64,000 nucleotides of DNA. It comes from an uncultured delta proteobacterium (GTDB lineage: Bacteria; Desulfobacterota; RBG-13-43-22). The notes below the pieces were generated by a model. It was not told the origin of the DNA and made no database searches. It saw nothing but the letters and a program-made list of their open reading frames with translations. This document shows, piece by piece, positions 21,627 through 31,404 of the stretch. The stretch is from assembly GCA_963711835.1 (NCBI GenBank), contig CAVQFQ010000005.1:64001-128000 (forward strand), given 5' to 3'. Both the position numbers and the translations under genes were made by a program. How positions within the stretch are numbered: the first letter of the stretch is position 1; each line of letters begins with the position of its first letter.

Positions 21627-21682
21627 GGACCAATAGTCTAACCATTTTTGGATTCTTAGGCTACGCAGGCCGCCCCCAGGAG

Positions 21683-23497
21683 CTACGCTGCCGAAGCGCC
21701 CTCCTCTTGGGGCGCCCCATGGATCAGGATATCGATGGTATGGCCGTCCAGGGTTTCCTTCTCAAGCAGGGATTGAGCCAGCCGGTGCAAGATATCCATA
21801 TGGTCCGTCAAAAGGGTCTGGGCCTTTTGATAAGCCTCCAGGACCAGACGTTTGACCTCCATATCAATTTTTCGGGCCGTTTCTTCGCTGTAATCCCGGT
21901 GCTGCGAAATCTCCCGGCCTAGAAAGATCTGCTCTTCCTTTTTTCCGAAGGTCAAGGGGCCTAATTCGGGGCTCATCCCCCAATCGCAGACCATCTTGCG
22001 GGCCAACTCGGTAGCCCGCTCCAGGTCATTGCCGGCTCCGGTGGTCAGCTGCTTGAGGACCAGCTCCTCCGCCGCCCGTCCTCCCATAAAGATGACCAGG
22101 TTATTGATCAGAAAATCCTTGGGATAGGTATGCTTTTCATCAATCGGTAATTGCTGGGTTAAACCCAGTGCCCGTCCCCGGGGGATGATGGTGACCTTAT
22201 GGATCGGATCGGTGCCCGGCAATAATTTGGCCACCAGGGTGTGACCGGCTTCATGATAGGCGGTGTTTTTCCGTTCCTCTTCACTGATGATCATGCTGCG
22301 CCGCTCCGTACCCATCATGACCTTGTCCTTGGCGGTTTCGAAATCCTCCATGCGGATCTGGTCTTTTCCCAGCCGGGCCGCCAACAAAGCCGCCTCATTG
22401 ACCAGGTTCTCCAGATCGGCCCCGGAAAACCCGGGCGTCCCCCGGGCCAGGACATTCAAGTTGACCCCTTCCCCCAAGGGAGTTTTTCGGGTATGGACCT
22501 TGAGGATTTCCTCCCGGCCTTTGACGTCGGGGACCGGGACCACCACCTGGCGGTCAAAACGCCCGGATCGCAACAGGGCCGGGTCCAAGACATCGGGCCG
22601 GTTGGTCGCGGAAATCAGGATGACCCCTTCATTCGACTCGAAGCCGTCCATCTCCACCAAAAGCTGATTCAGGGTTTGTTCCCGCTCGTCGTGCCCGCCG
22701 CCCAAACCGGCCCCGCGGTGACGCCCTACGGCATCAATTTCATCAATAAAAATGATACAGGGGGCATTCCGTTTTCCCTGGATAAAAAGATCCCGGACCC
22801 GGGAAGCTCCGACCCCGACAAACATCTCCACAAAGTCCGAACCGCTGATACTGAAAAAAGGCACTCCGGCCTCTCCGGCAATGGCCTTGGCCAGCAGGGT
22901 CTTTCCGGTTCCCGGTGCGCCCATCAAGAGGACCCCTTTGGGAATACGGCCTCCAAGACGGGTAAATTTCTTGGGGTCCTTTAGGAATTCAATGATCTCA
23001 CTCAGTTCCTCTTTGGCTTCTTCTATGCCGGCCACATCCTTAAAGGTGACCTTGGGCCCTTGATCCGACTGGAGCCTGGCCCGGCTTTTCCCAAAGGCCA
23101 TGGCCTTGCCGCCCCCGGACTGCATCTGGCGCATAAAAAAGATCCAGACCCCGATCAAAAGGAGCATGGGAAACCAGGAGATCAGAAGGCTCAGGTACCA
23201 GGGAGAATCATCGGCAGGTTTGGCGGTGATCCGCACCCCTTTATCCCGGAGGTTTTTGATCAGGTCGGTATCCCGGGGGGCATAGGTTTTAAATTTTTTC
23301 CCACCCACCTGGAAACCCTGAATATCATCCCCCTGGATGGTTACACTCAGGACTTCCCCTTTTTCGACCATCCCCAGGAAGTCGGTATAACTTAAAGGCT
23401 CTTTGGTGGTTTGAGGTTTGTTGAACAGGTTAAAAAGGGCGATCATCACCAGGCTGATGACCAACCAGAGGCCTAAATTCTTATAAAAAGGATTCAA
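21683..23497 (-). CDS. ftsH: ATP-dependent Zn metalloprotease FtsH
   Basis: Two TMs, [19 protein letters not shown]. Confidence 0.98.
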   Translation of the reverse strand: MNPFYKNLGLWLVISLVMIALFNLFNKPQTTKEPLSYTDFLGMVEKGEVLSVTIQGDDIQGFQVGGKKFKTYAPRDTDLIKNLRDKGVRITAKPADDSPWYLSLLISWFPMLLLIGVWIFFMRQMQSGGGKAMAFGKSRARLQSDQGPKVTFKDVAGIEEAKEELSEIIEFLKDPKKFTRLGGRIPKGVLLMGAPGTGKTLLAKAIAGEAGVPFFSISGSDFVEMFVGVGASRVRDLFIQGKRNAPCIIFIDEIDAVGRHRGAGLGGGHDEREQTLNQLLVEMDGFESNEGVILISATNRPDVLDPALLRSGRFDRQVVVPVPDVKGREEILKVHTRKTPLGEGVNLNVLARGTPGFSGADLENLVNEAALLAARLGKDQIRMEDFETAKDKVMMGTERRSMIISEEERKNTAYHEAGHTLVAKLLPGTDPIHKVTIIPRGRALGLTQQLPIDEKHTYPKDFLINNLVIFMGGRAAEELVLKQLTTGAGNDLERATELARKMVCDWGMSPELGPLTFGKKEEQIFLGREISQHRDYSEETARKIDMEVKRLVLEAYQKAQTLLTDHMDILHRLAQSLLEKETLDGHTIDILIHGAPQEEGASAA

Positions 23498-23685
23498 AGG
23501 GTTTCCTCAAGGAGCTAACACGGTATTTTTGTTATGAAACAGACAGTTAAAGCTTTCCGGCCAATGAACCGGTATCTGCTTAAATTATCACAAACTCCTT
23601 AAAATTTCAAAGGATTCCTTACCATTTCTCTTCGAAAACCAGGCCTTAAAGTTTTTTTTGTGGTATATTCTTTAGACGGGAACCT

Positions 23686-23830
23686 CGCTGTTGCAAAAGT
23701 TTCGGAGGTTGCAGATCCGAGACGTCCAGGGTGACGCTGTATACGCATACTGCGAGCCCTGGACAATCCCGCCGCGGCGGGACGGCTCCCAGATTTTCCC
23801 GAAGGGTAAAAATTGATCGATAATTTTTTG
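23686..23830. repeat. Degenerate MITE/REP-like structured element
   Basis: Hairpin GTCCAGGG...CCCTGGAC followed by mini-palindrome ATCCCGCCGCGGCGGGAC. Confidence 0.45.
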
Positions 23831-23977
23831 AATGCCTAACTTCACCCGGGGTGAATTTTGACCCTTATTCCAAAATCGTCAGAACAAGCTGCTATGATTG
23901 ATAAAAAATATTTATCGATCAATTTTTATGCAACTTCGAGGGAAGACAGGTGTGAAAAAATTGGCGAAGGAGAGCCC

Positions 23978-25219
23978 ATGTCCGCAGCGACTTTGACCGT
24001 CTATGGGACCCATTGGTGCCCTGACTGCCGGCGCAGCAAGCAATTCCTTGGGGAACAGCAGATCCCCTACCGCTGGATTGATATCGAAGAGAATCCGGAG
24101 GCCGAGCAGTTGATCATGGAAATGAATCAGGGCAAGCGTCTTATCCCGACCGTCGTTTTCGAAGACGGCTCCTTCCTTCCTGAGCCGACCAATACGGATC
24201 TGGCGGTCAAGTTAGGGCTCAAGACCGTGGCCAGCCGACGCCATTATCAAGTGATCATTATCGGCGGCGGACCGGCCGGATTGACGGCGGCGATCTACAC
24301 GGCCCGGGAAGGGATCGACACCCTGCTGATGGAATCGGCTTCTTTCGGCGGGCAGATTGCCGCCACGGAGCGATTGGATAATTTCCCGGGTTTCCCGGAG
24401 GGCATCACCGGCCTTGATTTCGCCGGCCGTCTGCGCCTTCAGGCCCTCCGCTTCGGCGTCGAGATGCTGGAGGCCCAGAAGGCGGCGGTCCTTCAGAGCC
24501 GGGATCCTTACTTAACGATCCGGACTAGTGAAGGCACACCTTACAGCGCCGAGGCCGTGCTTCTGGCCCTGGGGGGTAAATACAAGCGGCTCGATATCCC
24601 CGGAGAAGACGAGTACCTGGGCGCCGGCGTCCATTTTTGTTCCACCTGCGACGGGCCTTTCTATAAGGGCAAAAAAGTGGCGGTAATCGGGGGCGGTAAC
24701 AGCGCCGCCCAGGAAAGTCTTTTCTTGACCCAGTTCGCCGATCAGGTCACGGTTCTGATGCGGGGGGAGGCCTTTAAGGCCAGCAAAATACTCCAGGAAA
24801 AAGTCCTGGGACACCCTAAGATCGCCGTACGCCGGCGCACGGAAGTCCGGGAGTTTGTGGGCCGGAAATCCAAATTGGAAAAACTCCGGCTGGTCAATAA
24901 TGCCAGCGGGGCGGAGGAGGAAATGGCTCTGGACGGGGCCTTCATCTTTATCGGCCTGACACCCCAGACCGCCTTTCTTCAGGAGACTTCCATACGGCTC
25001 GATCCGGGTGGATTTGTAATCACCGGTCACGAGCTTATGCACGGCAACGGCCGTCCCCCGGGCTACGAGAATCGGGATCCCCTGCTTCTGGAAACCAGCC
25101 TGCCCGGGGTTTTTGCCGCCGGGGATGTTCGCCGGGGCAGCACCAAGCAAGTCGCCAGCGCCGCCGGCGAGGGGGCCAGCGCCGCCCTGGAAATACGGGA
25201 GTATCTTAAAATGAAGTAG
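23978..25219 (+). CDS. Glutaredoxin/NrdH-like domain fused to thioredoxin reductase
   Basis: WCPDC and IPTV in N-terminal domain; GGGPAG, CSTC, GGGNSA, FAAGDV; RBS GGAG before ATG 23978. Confidence 0.9.
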   Translation: MSAATLTVYGTHWCPDCRRSKQFLGEQQIPYRWIDIEENPEAEQLIMEMNQGKRLIPTVVFEDGSFLPEPTNTDLAVKLGLKTVASRRHYQVIIIGGGPAGLTAAIYTAREGIDTLLMESASFGGQIAATERLDNFPGFPEGITGLDFAGRLRLQALRFGVEMLEAQKAAVLQSRDPYLTIRTSEGTPYSAEAVLLALGGKYKRLDIPGEDEYLGAGVHFCSTCDGPFYKGKKVAVIGGGNSAAQESLFLTQFADQVTVLMRGEAFKASKILQEKVLGHPKIAVRRRTEVREFVGRKSKLEKLRLVNNASGAEEEMALDGAFIFIGLTPQTAFLQETSIRLDPGGFVITGHELMHGNGRPPGYENRDPLLLETSLPGVFAAGDVRRGSTKQVASAAGEGASAALEIREYLKMK

Positions 25220-25298
25220 CTTTGCCCAGCTCTTTTGAAAAAGGAAGAACCGGCCGCAACCGCCCGGAATACCTTATTTCCCCTTGGGCTTGAAGCCT

Positions 25299-25899
25299 AT
25301 GAAAATCAGATGCGCATGGTGCGGATCGGATCCGCTGTATGTGAAATACCACGACGAAGAATGGGGAACGCCTCTTCATGACGATCACGGTCTTTTCGAG
25401 TTGCTGATTCTCGAGGGCGCGCAAGCAGGTCTGAGCTGGCTGACCATACTCAAGAAACGGGACAACTATCGAAAGGCTTTCCGCGGATTTGATGCGCAGG
25501 AGATCGCCGGCTATACCGGAGACGGATGTTCAGCGCCTGCTGGCAGACCCCGGCATCGTCCGGAATCGCCTGAAGATCGAATCGACCATTAGAAATGCCC
25601 GCGGGGTTCTGGCCATCAGAGAAGAGTTCGGCTCCTTCGACTCTTTCCTCTGGGGTTATGTCGGCCATCGCCCTATACAGAATGCCTGGCGATCGCAGGC
25701 CGAGCTGCCGGCCAGAACCGCCCTATCCGACACGCTAAGCCAAGATCTGAAGAAACGGGGATTTAACTTCGTCGGATCGACTATTTGCTATGCCTTCATG
25801 CAGGCCGTCGGGATGGTGAATGACCACGTCGTTGATTGCTTCCGCTATGAAGAATTAAGTGAGGAGATCGGGCATGGGGAAAGTGACTATCTATCTTGA
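25299..25899 (+). CDS. tag: DNA-3-methyladenine glycosylase I (frameshift near 25517)
   Basis: RCAW, YHDEEWG, LEGAQAGLSW; continues GIVRNRLKI, FVGSTICYAFMQAVG, NDHVVDC. Confidence 0.92.
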
Positions 25900-26104
25900 T
25901 CAGGATACAGAAACCAAAATGAAAACCATGATCAAAAAAAACGGCCTATCCAAAAGCAAATGGATAGCCGATCTGATCCGTGAAAAGACCGCTAATGTCT
26001 GGCCGGACCATATACGAAAAATGGCTGGGGCTTGGAAGGATATGCCGACTGCCGAGGAAATCCGAAAAAATATGGGGGCGGATAGCGAAAGGGAACCTGT
26101 CTGA
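25874..26104 (+). CDS. CopG/RHH-type VapB antitoxin
   Basis: VTIYLD...SKSKWIA, AGAWKD; TGATG-coupled to a PIN-like start. Confidence 0.75.
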   Translation: MGKVTIYLDQDTETKMKTMIKKNGLSKSKWIADLIREKTANVWPDHIRKMAGAWKDMPTAEEIRKNMGADSEREPV

Positions 26105-26130
26105 TGTATGTTTTGGATACCAACACCATC
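26104..26130 (+). pseudogene. VapC/PIN toxin remnant (first ~9 codons)
   Basis: MYVLDTNTI, the LDTN start of PIN toxins, followed by unrelated sequence. Confidence 0.7.
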
Positions 26131-26184
26131 CGCAAAGCTCGGTCGAGGTGTTCGATTTTGGGCGGCGGCAGGGTCCCGATGAAA

Positions 26185-26205
26185 TTAGTTAAAACCGCGT
26201 TTCAT
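26185..26205 (-). pseudogene. MazF/PemK-like toxin remnant (MKRGFN*)
   Basis: ATGA overlap with antitoxin stop; MKRG is a typical PemK/MazF N-terminus; stop after 6 codons. Confidence 0.5.
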
Positions 26206-26435
26206 AACGGGACTTGATAGGTGAGGACTTCGGCCGCTTCCCGATTTAAGTAATCCGCGCGTCGGTTGATAATCTCCAGGTCGTTGGCGTTCTGCTCTTC
26301 CCGCTCCAGTTGTTGGATAAATGTCCGAACAGCGGTTTCAATGAAATCGGACCGGTTTCTTTGCGATTGCCTGGCCCGAACGTCAATAACCTCAAGCAGT
26401 TCCTGGGATACGGTGATAGATGTCTTAACTTTCAT
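26202..26435 (-). CDS. Ribbon-helix-helix antitoxin (MazE-like role)
   Basis: MKVKTSITVS...NRSDFIE RHH pattern, acidic C-terminus. Confidence 0.75.
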   Translation of the reverse strand: MKVKTSITVSQELLEVIDVRARQSQRNRSDFIETAVRTFIQQLEREEQNANDLEIINRRADYLNREAAEVLTYQVPL

Positions 26436-26644
26436 ACTACCTTTATACTCCAATAAGAAGATAGGATCAAGTTGTTTTTTTAACGGGTAACTCCCACCAT
26501 GACCGGCAATAAAAAGTGACTCCTGCTACCCATTCCCATTTTATTGACATCCCAAAAAAGTTGTGCTATTCACAGGCTATCTAATTAATTTTCCATCTTT
26601 TTTCCCCTAACTCTAACCGGAGGAGAATCGGACGGACCAAAAGG

Positions 26645-26684
26645 CCCTATCTCAAATTCAAAAAGGATAGGGGTTTTTTATTTT
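26645..26684 (+). terminator. Intrinsic terminator-like hairpin
   Basis: CCCTATC...GATAGGG followed by a T-rich tract. Confidence 0.5.
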
Positions 26685-26835
26685 AAGGCAAAAATCCTTT
26701 TTGTTCGGATTGGATAGCCGGCTTCACCGGGATGAGGCAAAGGATCATGCCCGAACACGTAGCGGTGTAATCGAAGCCAAGCCTCCGTCTGAAGATGTCC
26801 GCCGGGTGGCCGGGACCGAGCAGGTGGAACGATAG

Positions 26836-26985
26836 AAATGGTTGTCGTACCGCGGAAAGCCCATCCTTGGCCGTGGAGTTACTCCTGACGAAGTCCGTTA
26901 TGTCACGGAAATGGCTCGCGGACTGTCGGCCCTGATTGCCTGCAGACCTCCTTGGACGCCAACTACCGGGAAATGATCAAGAGAC
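26836..26985 (+). pseudogene. C-terminal remnant of a type ISP restriction-modification enzyme
   Basis: KWLSYRGKPILGRGVTPDEVRYVTEMAR then LDANYR in a shifted frame. Confidence 0.6.
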
Positions 26986-27166
26986 TCAAGGGAAACCGGG
27001 GTCAAGGGAACTGGGTAACTTACTCCAATGACCTCCCGACTTCTTTTCCCAATCTGTCCAAATTGCGGAGTTGAGCCTGGGAACTAGCCCAGTTGACAAT
27101 GATCTGATTTAATGACAAAATCATAAATAAAAGCTTATTATGGAACATTTTGAGGGGGCTTTAACC

Positions 27167-27375
27167 ATGCCTATTACCTTTCAAGAAGCATTGGATACGA
27201 TCGAATCCCTGCCGGAATACCAGCAGGAAGACCTTATCGATATCATTCGTCGTAAGATTAATTGAGCAAAAAAGGGACACCTTGGTCCTCCGTGTCCAGG
27301 AGGCCAGGGCCGAATACGCCCAGGGAAAGACAAAAGAAGGAACCGTGCAAGATCTAATGAATGATCTTTCCAAAC
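27167..27375 (+). CDS. Putative antitoxin (frameshift near 27256)
   Basis: MPITFQEALDTIESLPEYQQEDLIDIIRR / LIEQKR...EARAEYAQGKTKEGTVQDLMNDL; resembles partners of RelE/YafQ toxins. Confidence 0.6.
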
Positions 27376-27426
27376 GAAGATCATATCTTGCTTCTCGAAC
27401 TGGGATCCCACGAGGAGGCTTATTAG
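27376..27426 (+). pseudogene. C-terminal 16 codons of a YafQ/RelE-superfamily toxin
   Basis: EDHILLLELGSHEEAY* fits the ..IG(S/T)HDEVY* ending; remainder of the toxin absent. Confidence 0.65.
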
Positions 27427-27638
27427 ATCCTGGTTGGTTGCCGGGATTAAGGGGACATCATTTCATTCCACCGCAATCCTGTTCAGTGCCGAGGCCACTC
27501 CGATTTCCTCTCAACTCCTGCAATGGGGGGTCGGACCCAATGCCGTTAATTTAAGAAGAACTGTTACAATCGGAAGGTAAATTTTCAGGTGTTTGAGCCC
27601 GAAGGGCGAGTTCCTGAAAATGCCTGTAGCTCGCCCTG

Positions 27639-28159
27639 TTAGGCGTCGCCGGATTCTACGGATTTTGGTGATCCTTCCAGAAGGAGATCCAGTGGGCTTT
27701 TCGGTGCTGTCGTAATGTCCCGCATGACATGGGTGTAGATCATGGTCGTTTCGACATTCTGGTGTCCCAGAAGGGTCTGGATTTCACGGATGTTGACGCC
27801 GTTCATGAGGAGATGCGTGGCGAAACTGTGACGCAAGGTGTGAACGGACGCCTGCTTCGCAATGCCCGCCTTCCTTGTGGCTGTACCCACAGCCTTCTGG
27901 ATGGACGTTTCATCCAGGTGATGACGCCTGACTATTCCGCTTCTGGGATCCACGGACAGCTTCGAAGAGGGGAAAACATACTGCCAGGCCCAATCCTTTA
28001 TTGCAGCTCCTCCAGAAATAGCCGGAGCGCCTCTTCCGCATCAGCATCCTTCAGGCGTTTCGAGAACGTGCCCAATAGGCGTGTTACGCTTTTTCCCGGC
28101 ACGAGCTTTCGTGAGGGCAGATATTGCTGAAAATCGGGAAGGGTTTGTGAAATTGACAT
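27639..28159 (-). pseudogene. intI: Integron integrase with a large internal deletion
   Basis: WQYVFPS...DPRSG..RRHH integron-specific insert, [24 protein letters not shown] (27639..27998); short N-terminal piece from ATG 28159. Confidence 0.85.
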
Positions 28160-28309
28160 TTTCTCTCTCATATAAAGTTCCTGTCTACGATATCCGGATT
28201 CTGTATAATATGATATTAGGGATTATTTACGGCAGTCAAGGAGATTTTTCTTCATAACTTATTTGTTTCTTTGGTAAAAAATAGTATGGTTAAGCATAAA
28301 TCGAAGAAA

Positions 28310-28390
28310 TAAACCGATCCAGTATAATAATTGCAAGGTCTGCTTCGCAGCCCAGCAGGTTCGTGCCTCCGCTTAGCTTCGCCGTTGGGC
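28310..28390 (+). mobile_element. Degenerate attI/attC region with core site GTTGGGC (28384..28390)
   Basis: CCGCTTAGCTTCGCC-GTTGGGC resembles the right half of an attC (GTTRRRY), divergent from intI and just before an ORF. Confidence 0.5.
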
Positions 28391-28419
28391 CTATCATTTA
28401 TTACGAGAAAGGAGGATAT

Positions 28420-29328
28420 ATGAACAATTTTGTGTGCAGGGTTTTACAGTCGTCTGTGTGGGTTTTTGTCATTATCTTTCCGGTCGTTACCGGCGCTATG
28501 GCCGGGGAACCGACCTATAAACAGGGCGAGACCATTTTCATTGAGACGGGAGTGGAAGCGCCGGACCGCAATCCGACCTGGTATGCCTCCATGGTTGCCA
28601 AGCCGTACGCGCCCGTGTTCGAGATGCTGGCCACGCAGGGAACGCAGGGCCGCTATTATCCCTACACCTATCCCGTGACATTGAAAGACCTCGTGCGCTT
28701 CCACGGTCATGACTGCGAGGGCACGACGACTGCAGCGAGTGCTGCCTGGGTGGCTTTCAAGATACTCTTCCCGGACGGCATTATCGACCGGAGCGTGTTA
28801 TGGGGAATAAGCGGAGAATCGCCATGCTGGTCGGATGCCGTAGCTTTTCTGACGGGTGCGCGCCTGCAATACGGCAATCTTGGCATCTTTAAGGACAAGC
28901 GGTACAGTCACGCCATTATCCTCTATCGGGAAGACACAAAAGTCGCCGTGCTGGCTACCTGGAAAGAGGGCATCAACAATATTCCCGGCGAGCCTGTCAT
29001 GTTGCCCGGCAAGATCACCTGGAAGCCCAAGGTCACTATGAAAGAAGTGGAGGCGCTCAAGGCGGTCGTGAAGAAATCGGGCGGCAAGCCGACGCCCTAT
29101 CAGGTTGATCTCATGCGTTACCAGCAATGGCTGCATGTCAATGATATCTTGGAACACCCTCTGGAGGAGAGTTACCAAGCCGAGGTTATAGAGAACTTCA
29201 AATGGGAAGACTGGATCGACCCTGCAAAGACGATCGCCAAGACCCATGAGCGCACCGATACGCGCCTGAAAAACTATCCCTATCGAAGCAAACCGATCGA
29301 GTCACCCGCGGAAAGCGGTAAGCGTTGA
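28420..29328 (+). CDS. Secreted FmdE-domain protein (probable gene cassette)
   Basis: AGGAGG RBS, signal peptide, RFHGHDCEG, SPCWSDA..LTGAR. Confidence 0.75.
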   Translation: MNNFVCRVLQSSVWVFVIIFPVVTGAMAGEPTYKQGETIFIETGVEAPDRNPTWYASMVAKPYAPVFEMLATQGTQGRYYPYTYPVTLKDLVRFHGHDCEGTTTAASAAWVAFKILFPDGIIDRSVLWGISGESPCWSDAVAFLTGARLQYGNLGIFKDKRYSHAIILYREDTKVAVLATWKEGINNIPGEPVMLPGKITWKPKVTMKEVEALKAVVKKSGGKPTPYQVDLMRYQQWLHVNDILEHPLEESYQAEVIENFKWEDWIDPAKTIAKTHERTDTRLKNYPYRSKPIESPAESGKR

Positions 29329-29436
29329 GGAGGAGAAGCAACCTTGGAGGCGAGAGGGTTAAAACTGCTGAAAATCGTGACTTTTGACGACTTGGTGGAG
29401 CAGGATGAGTAGGATAGCAAATTTGAGACTAAGAAT

Positions 29437-29566
29437 CCTGATTCAAAGAAGTTGAAGGCAGCATTTGATCAGGTCTCGGACATAAGGAAATTTGAGATCG
29501 AGCTCTATTGGAAACGAGTAGGCTACTTCTGGGCCCTTATTGCAGTCGCCTTTGCGGGTTACTTCG
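29437..29566 (+). pseudogene. Fragment of a RipA-like small membrane protein
   Basis: AFDQVSDIRKFEIELYWKRVGYFWALIAVAFAGYF, then truncated. Confidence 0.6.
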
Positions 29567-29771
29567 TGAACCCGGGATGCTGTTTAAAAACTTAAAAACT
29601 TCTGATAGCAAAGATGAATTATTAAGTTATTAAAGAGCGTCCCCCGGCATGAACTTCTTGCCGATGAAAGTGCCCAAGCGAATTGTCGAAGCTCTTCGCG
29701 AGAAGGGTTATCTCGTTGGCTACATGTTTGAAGGGGTTGCCGGTTGGACGAGGGTCGAATAAGGACCAGAT

Positions 29772-30188
29772 ATGATCGAAACCGGCTATACAATCAAACC
29801 AATTGGGGTCATCCGCTCCGCCTTGACCAGCCGCGAGGCGGCACCCTTCCAGGGATATGAAGGCGCGCCCGATGCCTGGCTTGAAATGGATTCGACGCTT
29901 GTTGAGGGACTTGAAGGTATTACTGCGGGCGATGAAATTGTCGTGATCACCTGGTTTCACCAGGCTCATCGCGACCTATTGAAGGTGCACCCGCGCCGGG
30001 ACAAGAACAGGCCTCTGACCGGTGTCTTTGCAACGCGCTCCCCCGATAGACCAAATCCAGTCGGCTTACACCGGGTTACGGTTCTGGAAATCAACGGGAA
30101 TAGATTAAAAGTGGGACCGATAGAGGCGATTGACGGAACGCCGATAGTCGATATCAAACCGGTGCTCCCGCAATCGCCAGTCTCATAG
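29772..30188 (+). CDS. tsaA: TsaA/TrmO-like SAM-binding methyltransferase
   Basis: KPIGVIRS, GVFATRSPDRPNPVGL, DGTPIVDIKP. Confidence 0.88.
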   Translation: MIETGYTIKPIGVIRSALTSREAAPFQGYEGAPDAWLEMDSTLVEGLEGITAGDEIVVITWFHQAHRDLLKVHPRRDKNRPLTGVFATRSPDRPNPVGLHRVTVLEINGNRLKVGPIEAIDGTPIVDIKPVLPQSPVS

Positions 30189-30389
30189 TGATGCAGTCTG
30201 ACCTATCAAAGCGGACGGGGAATAAGCGGATCGTGATGGGGCTGACGAAGTTCTAAAAGAATCTTGTTGCCCAGGTCGTCGACCGGGAAGAACGCCGGCC
30301 CCTTCCCTGGCTCTATTTTCCTACCACTTCGGGAAAATTTTGTGATAAAAAGGGCGTAAGGTTATTTTTCAGTATACCAGGAGGACAAC

Positions 30390-30593
30390 ATGTTGGATCG
30401 AGAGGGTTTGTTAAATATTTTTAAGTTGGCCGCGGAAAAGGAACGGGAGGCCCAGGAATTTTACCTGAAGGCCGCCGCCGATACCTCGGATCCGGAAGCT
30501 CAAAAAATATTTGAGGAATTTGCGCAAATAGAACGCCACCATGAGCAGGTCCTTATAGAAAAATACCGAAAGTTAAGAGAGACTGTAATTTAA
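30390..30593 (+). CDS. Short rubrerythrin/ferritin-like protein (one helix pair)
   Basis: AAEKEREAQEFY...ERHH; AGGAGG RBS. Confidence 0.75.
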   Translation: MLDREGLLNIFKLAAEKEREAQEFYLKAAADTSDPEAQKIFEEFAQIERHHEQVLIEKYRKLRETVI

Positions 30594-30621
30594 CGCTTTT
30601 GTTGAAAACGGGGGCGCTTCC

Positions 30622-31032
30622 TTATAATTCACCTCCCCAAATTTCCAAAAATTCTGCAGGGGAAACGATTTTTAATTCCTTATAGCTTTTTTTGGGGAAA
30701 TGCCGCTTATTGCCGGTTACCAGGCAGATAGCCCCGGCAGATAAGGCCGCTTCCAGGAAGGGTTCATCCTCAGGGTCCTGCAGGTGGAAAGGCAGGGGCT
30801 TGGCTGAGATGGCGATCCCCTCCCCTTCCAGTTGTGCCAAAAACCCTTCAACTTGGTTCTCTGAAAACCCAAATTTGGGACGGCTTAACACGTCCCGGTA
30901 TTCGGAGATAATCCGTAGATCGTAAGCCAATCGGATTAGTCCCGAGGCGGCAAAACGGAGAATGGTTGCCGACTTGCTGTAGGGCCTTAGAATTCCAGAA
31001 ACGATGACATTGGTGTCCAAAACTATGATCAT
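30622..31032 (-). CDS. PIN-domain toxin (intact)
   Basis: VLDTNV, DPEDEPFLE, VTGNKRHF. Confidence 0.88.
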   Translation of the reverse strand: MIIVLDTNVIVSGILRPYSKSATILRFAASGLIRLAYDLRIISEYRDVLSRPKFGFSENQVEGFLAQLEGEGIAISAKPLPFHLQDPEDEPFLEAALSAGAICLVTGNKRHFPKKSYKELKIVSPAEFLEIWGGEL

Positions 31033-31313
31033 CGTTTGCGGGTCTTCCGAACGGCTTGAATCTCGCCATTAATCTCGAGGTCGCTCACCTTGTCCAACCC
31101 TGCTTCCAGAGCTTTTTTCTGCATTTCTTCCAAGGCCAGGATCGCCCGACTGCGCCTTATGGCCTGAAGGGTCTTTTCCAGCGTTTTTTCCGTAACCCCG
31201 GAAAGCAAAGCAATCGGTTTTCCATTGGAGGTGATGATAATCTCCTCTTCTTGGACCGTGCTCCAAACCTGCTTGGGCTTGGTGCTCAATTCCCTTACTG
31301 ATATAAATCGCAT
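31029..31313 (-). CDS. Phd/YefM-family antitoxin
   Basis: MRFISVREL...IITSNGKPIALL; overlaps toxin start. Confidence 0.88.
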   Translation of the reverse strand: MRFISVRELSTKPKQVWSTVQEEEIIITSNGKPIALLSGVTEKTLEKTLQAIRRSRAILALEEMQKKALEAGLDKVSDLEINGEIQAVRKTRKR

Positions 31314-31404
31314 GGCCGCCCTCTCAAATAATTGTTAAACTATTCATTATCATTTTATCTGATAATTGTCAATCAATATAACTTAAAAATTCCTTCAAAT
31401 TGAA

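Noticed and set aside
17161-23497. c-di-AMP module in a Gram-negative organism
   Set aside because: The ftsH-folP-cdaA-cdaR-glmM arrangement is already known in Deltaproteobacteria
27560-27644. GCCTAAC at the intI stop as an attC start
   Set aside because: No matching GTTRRRY partner at a convincing position
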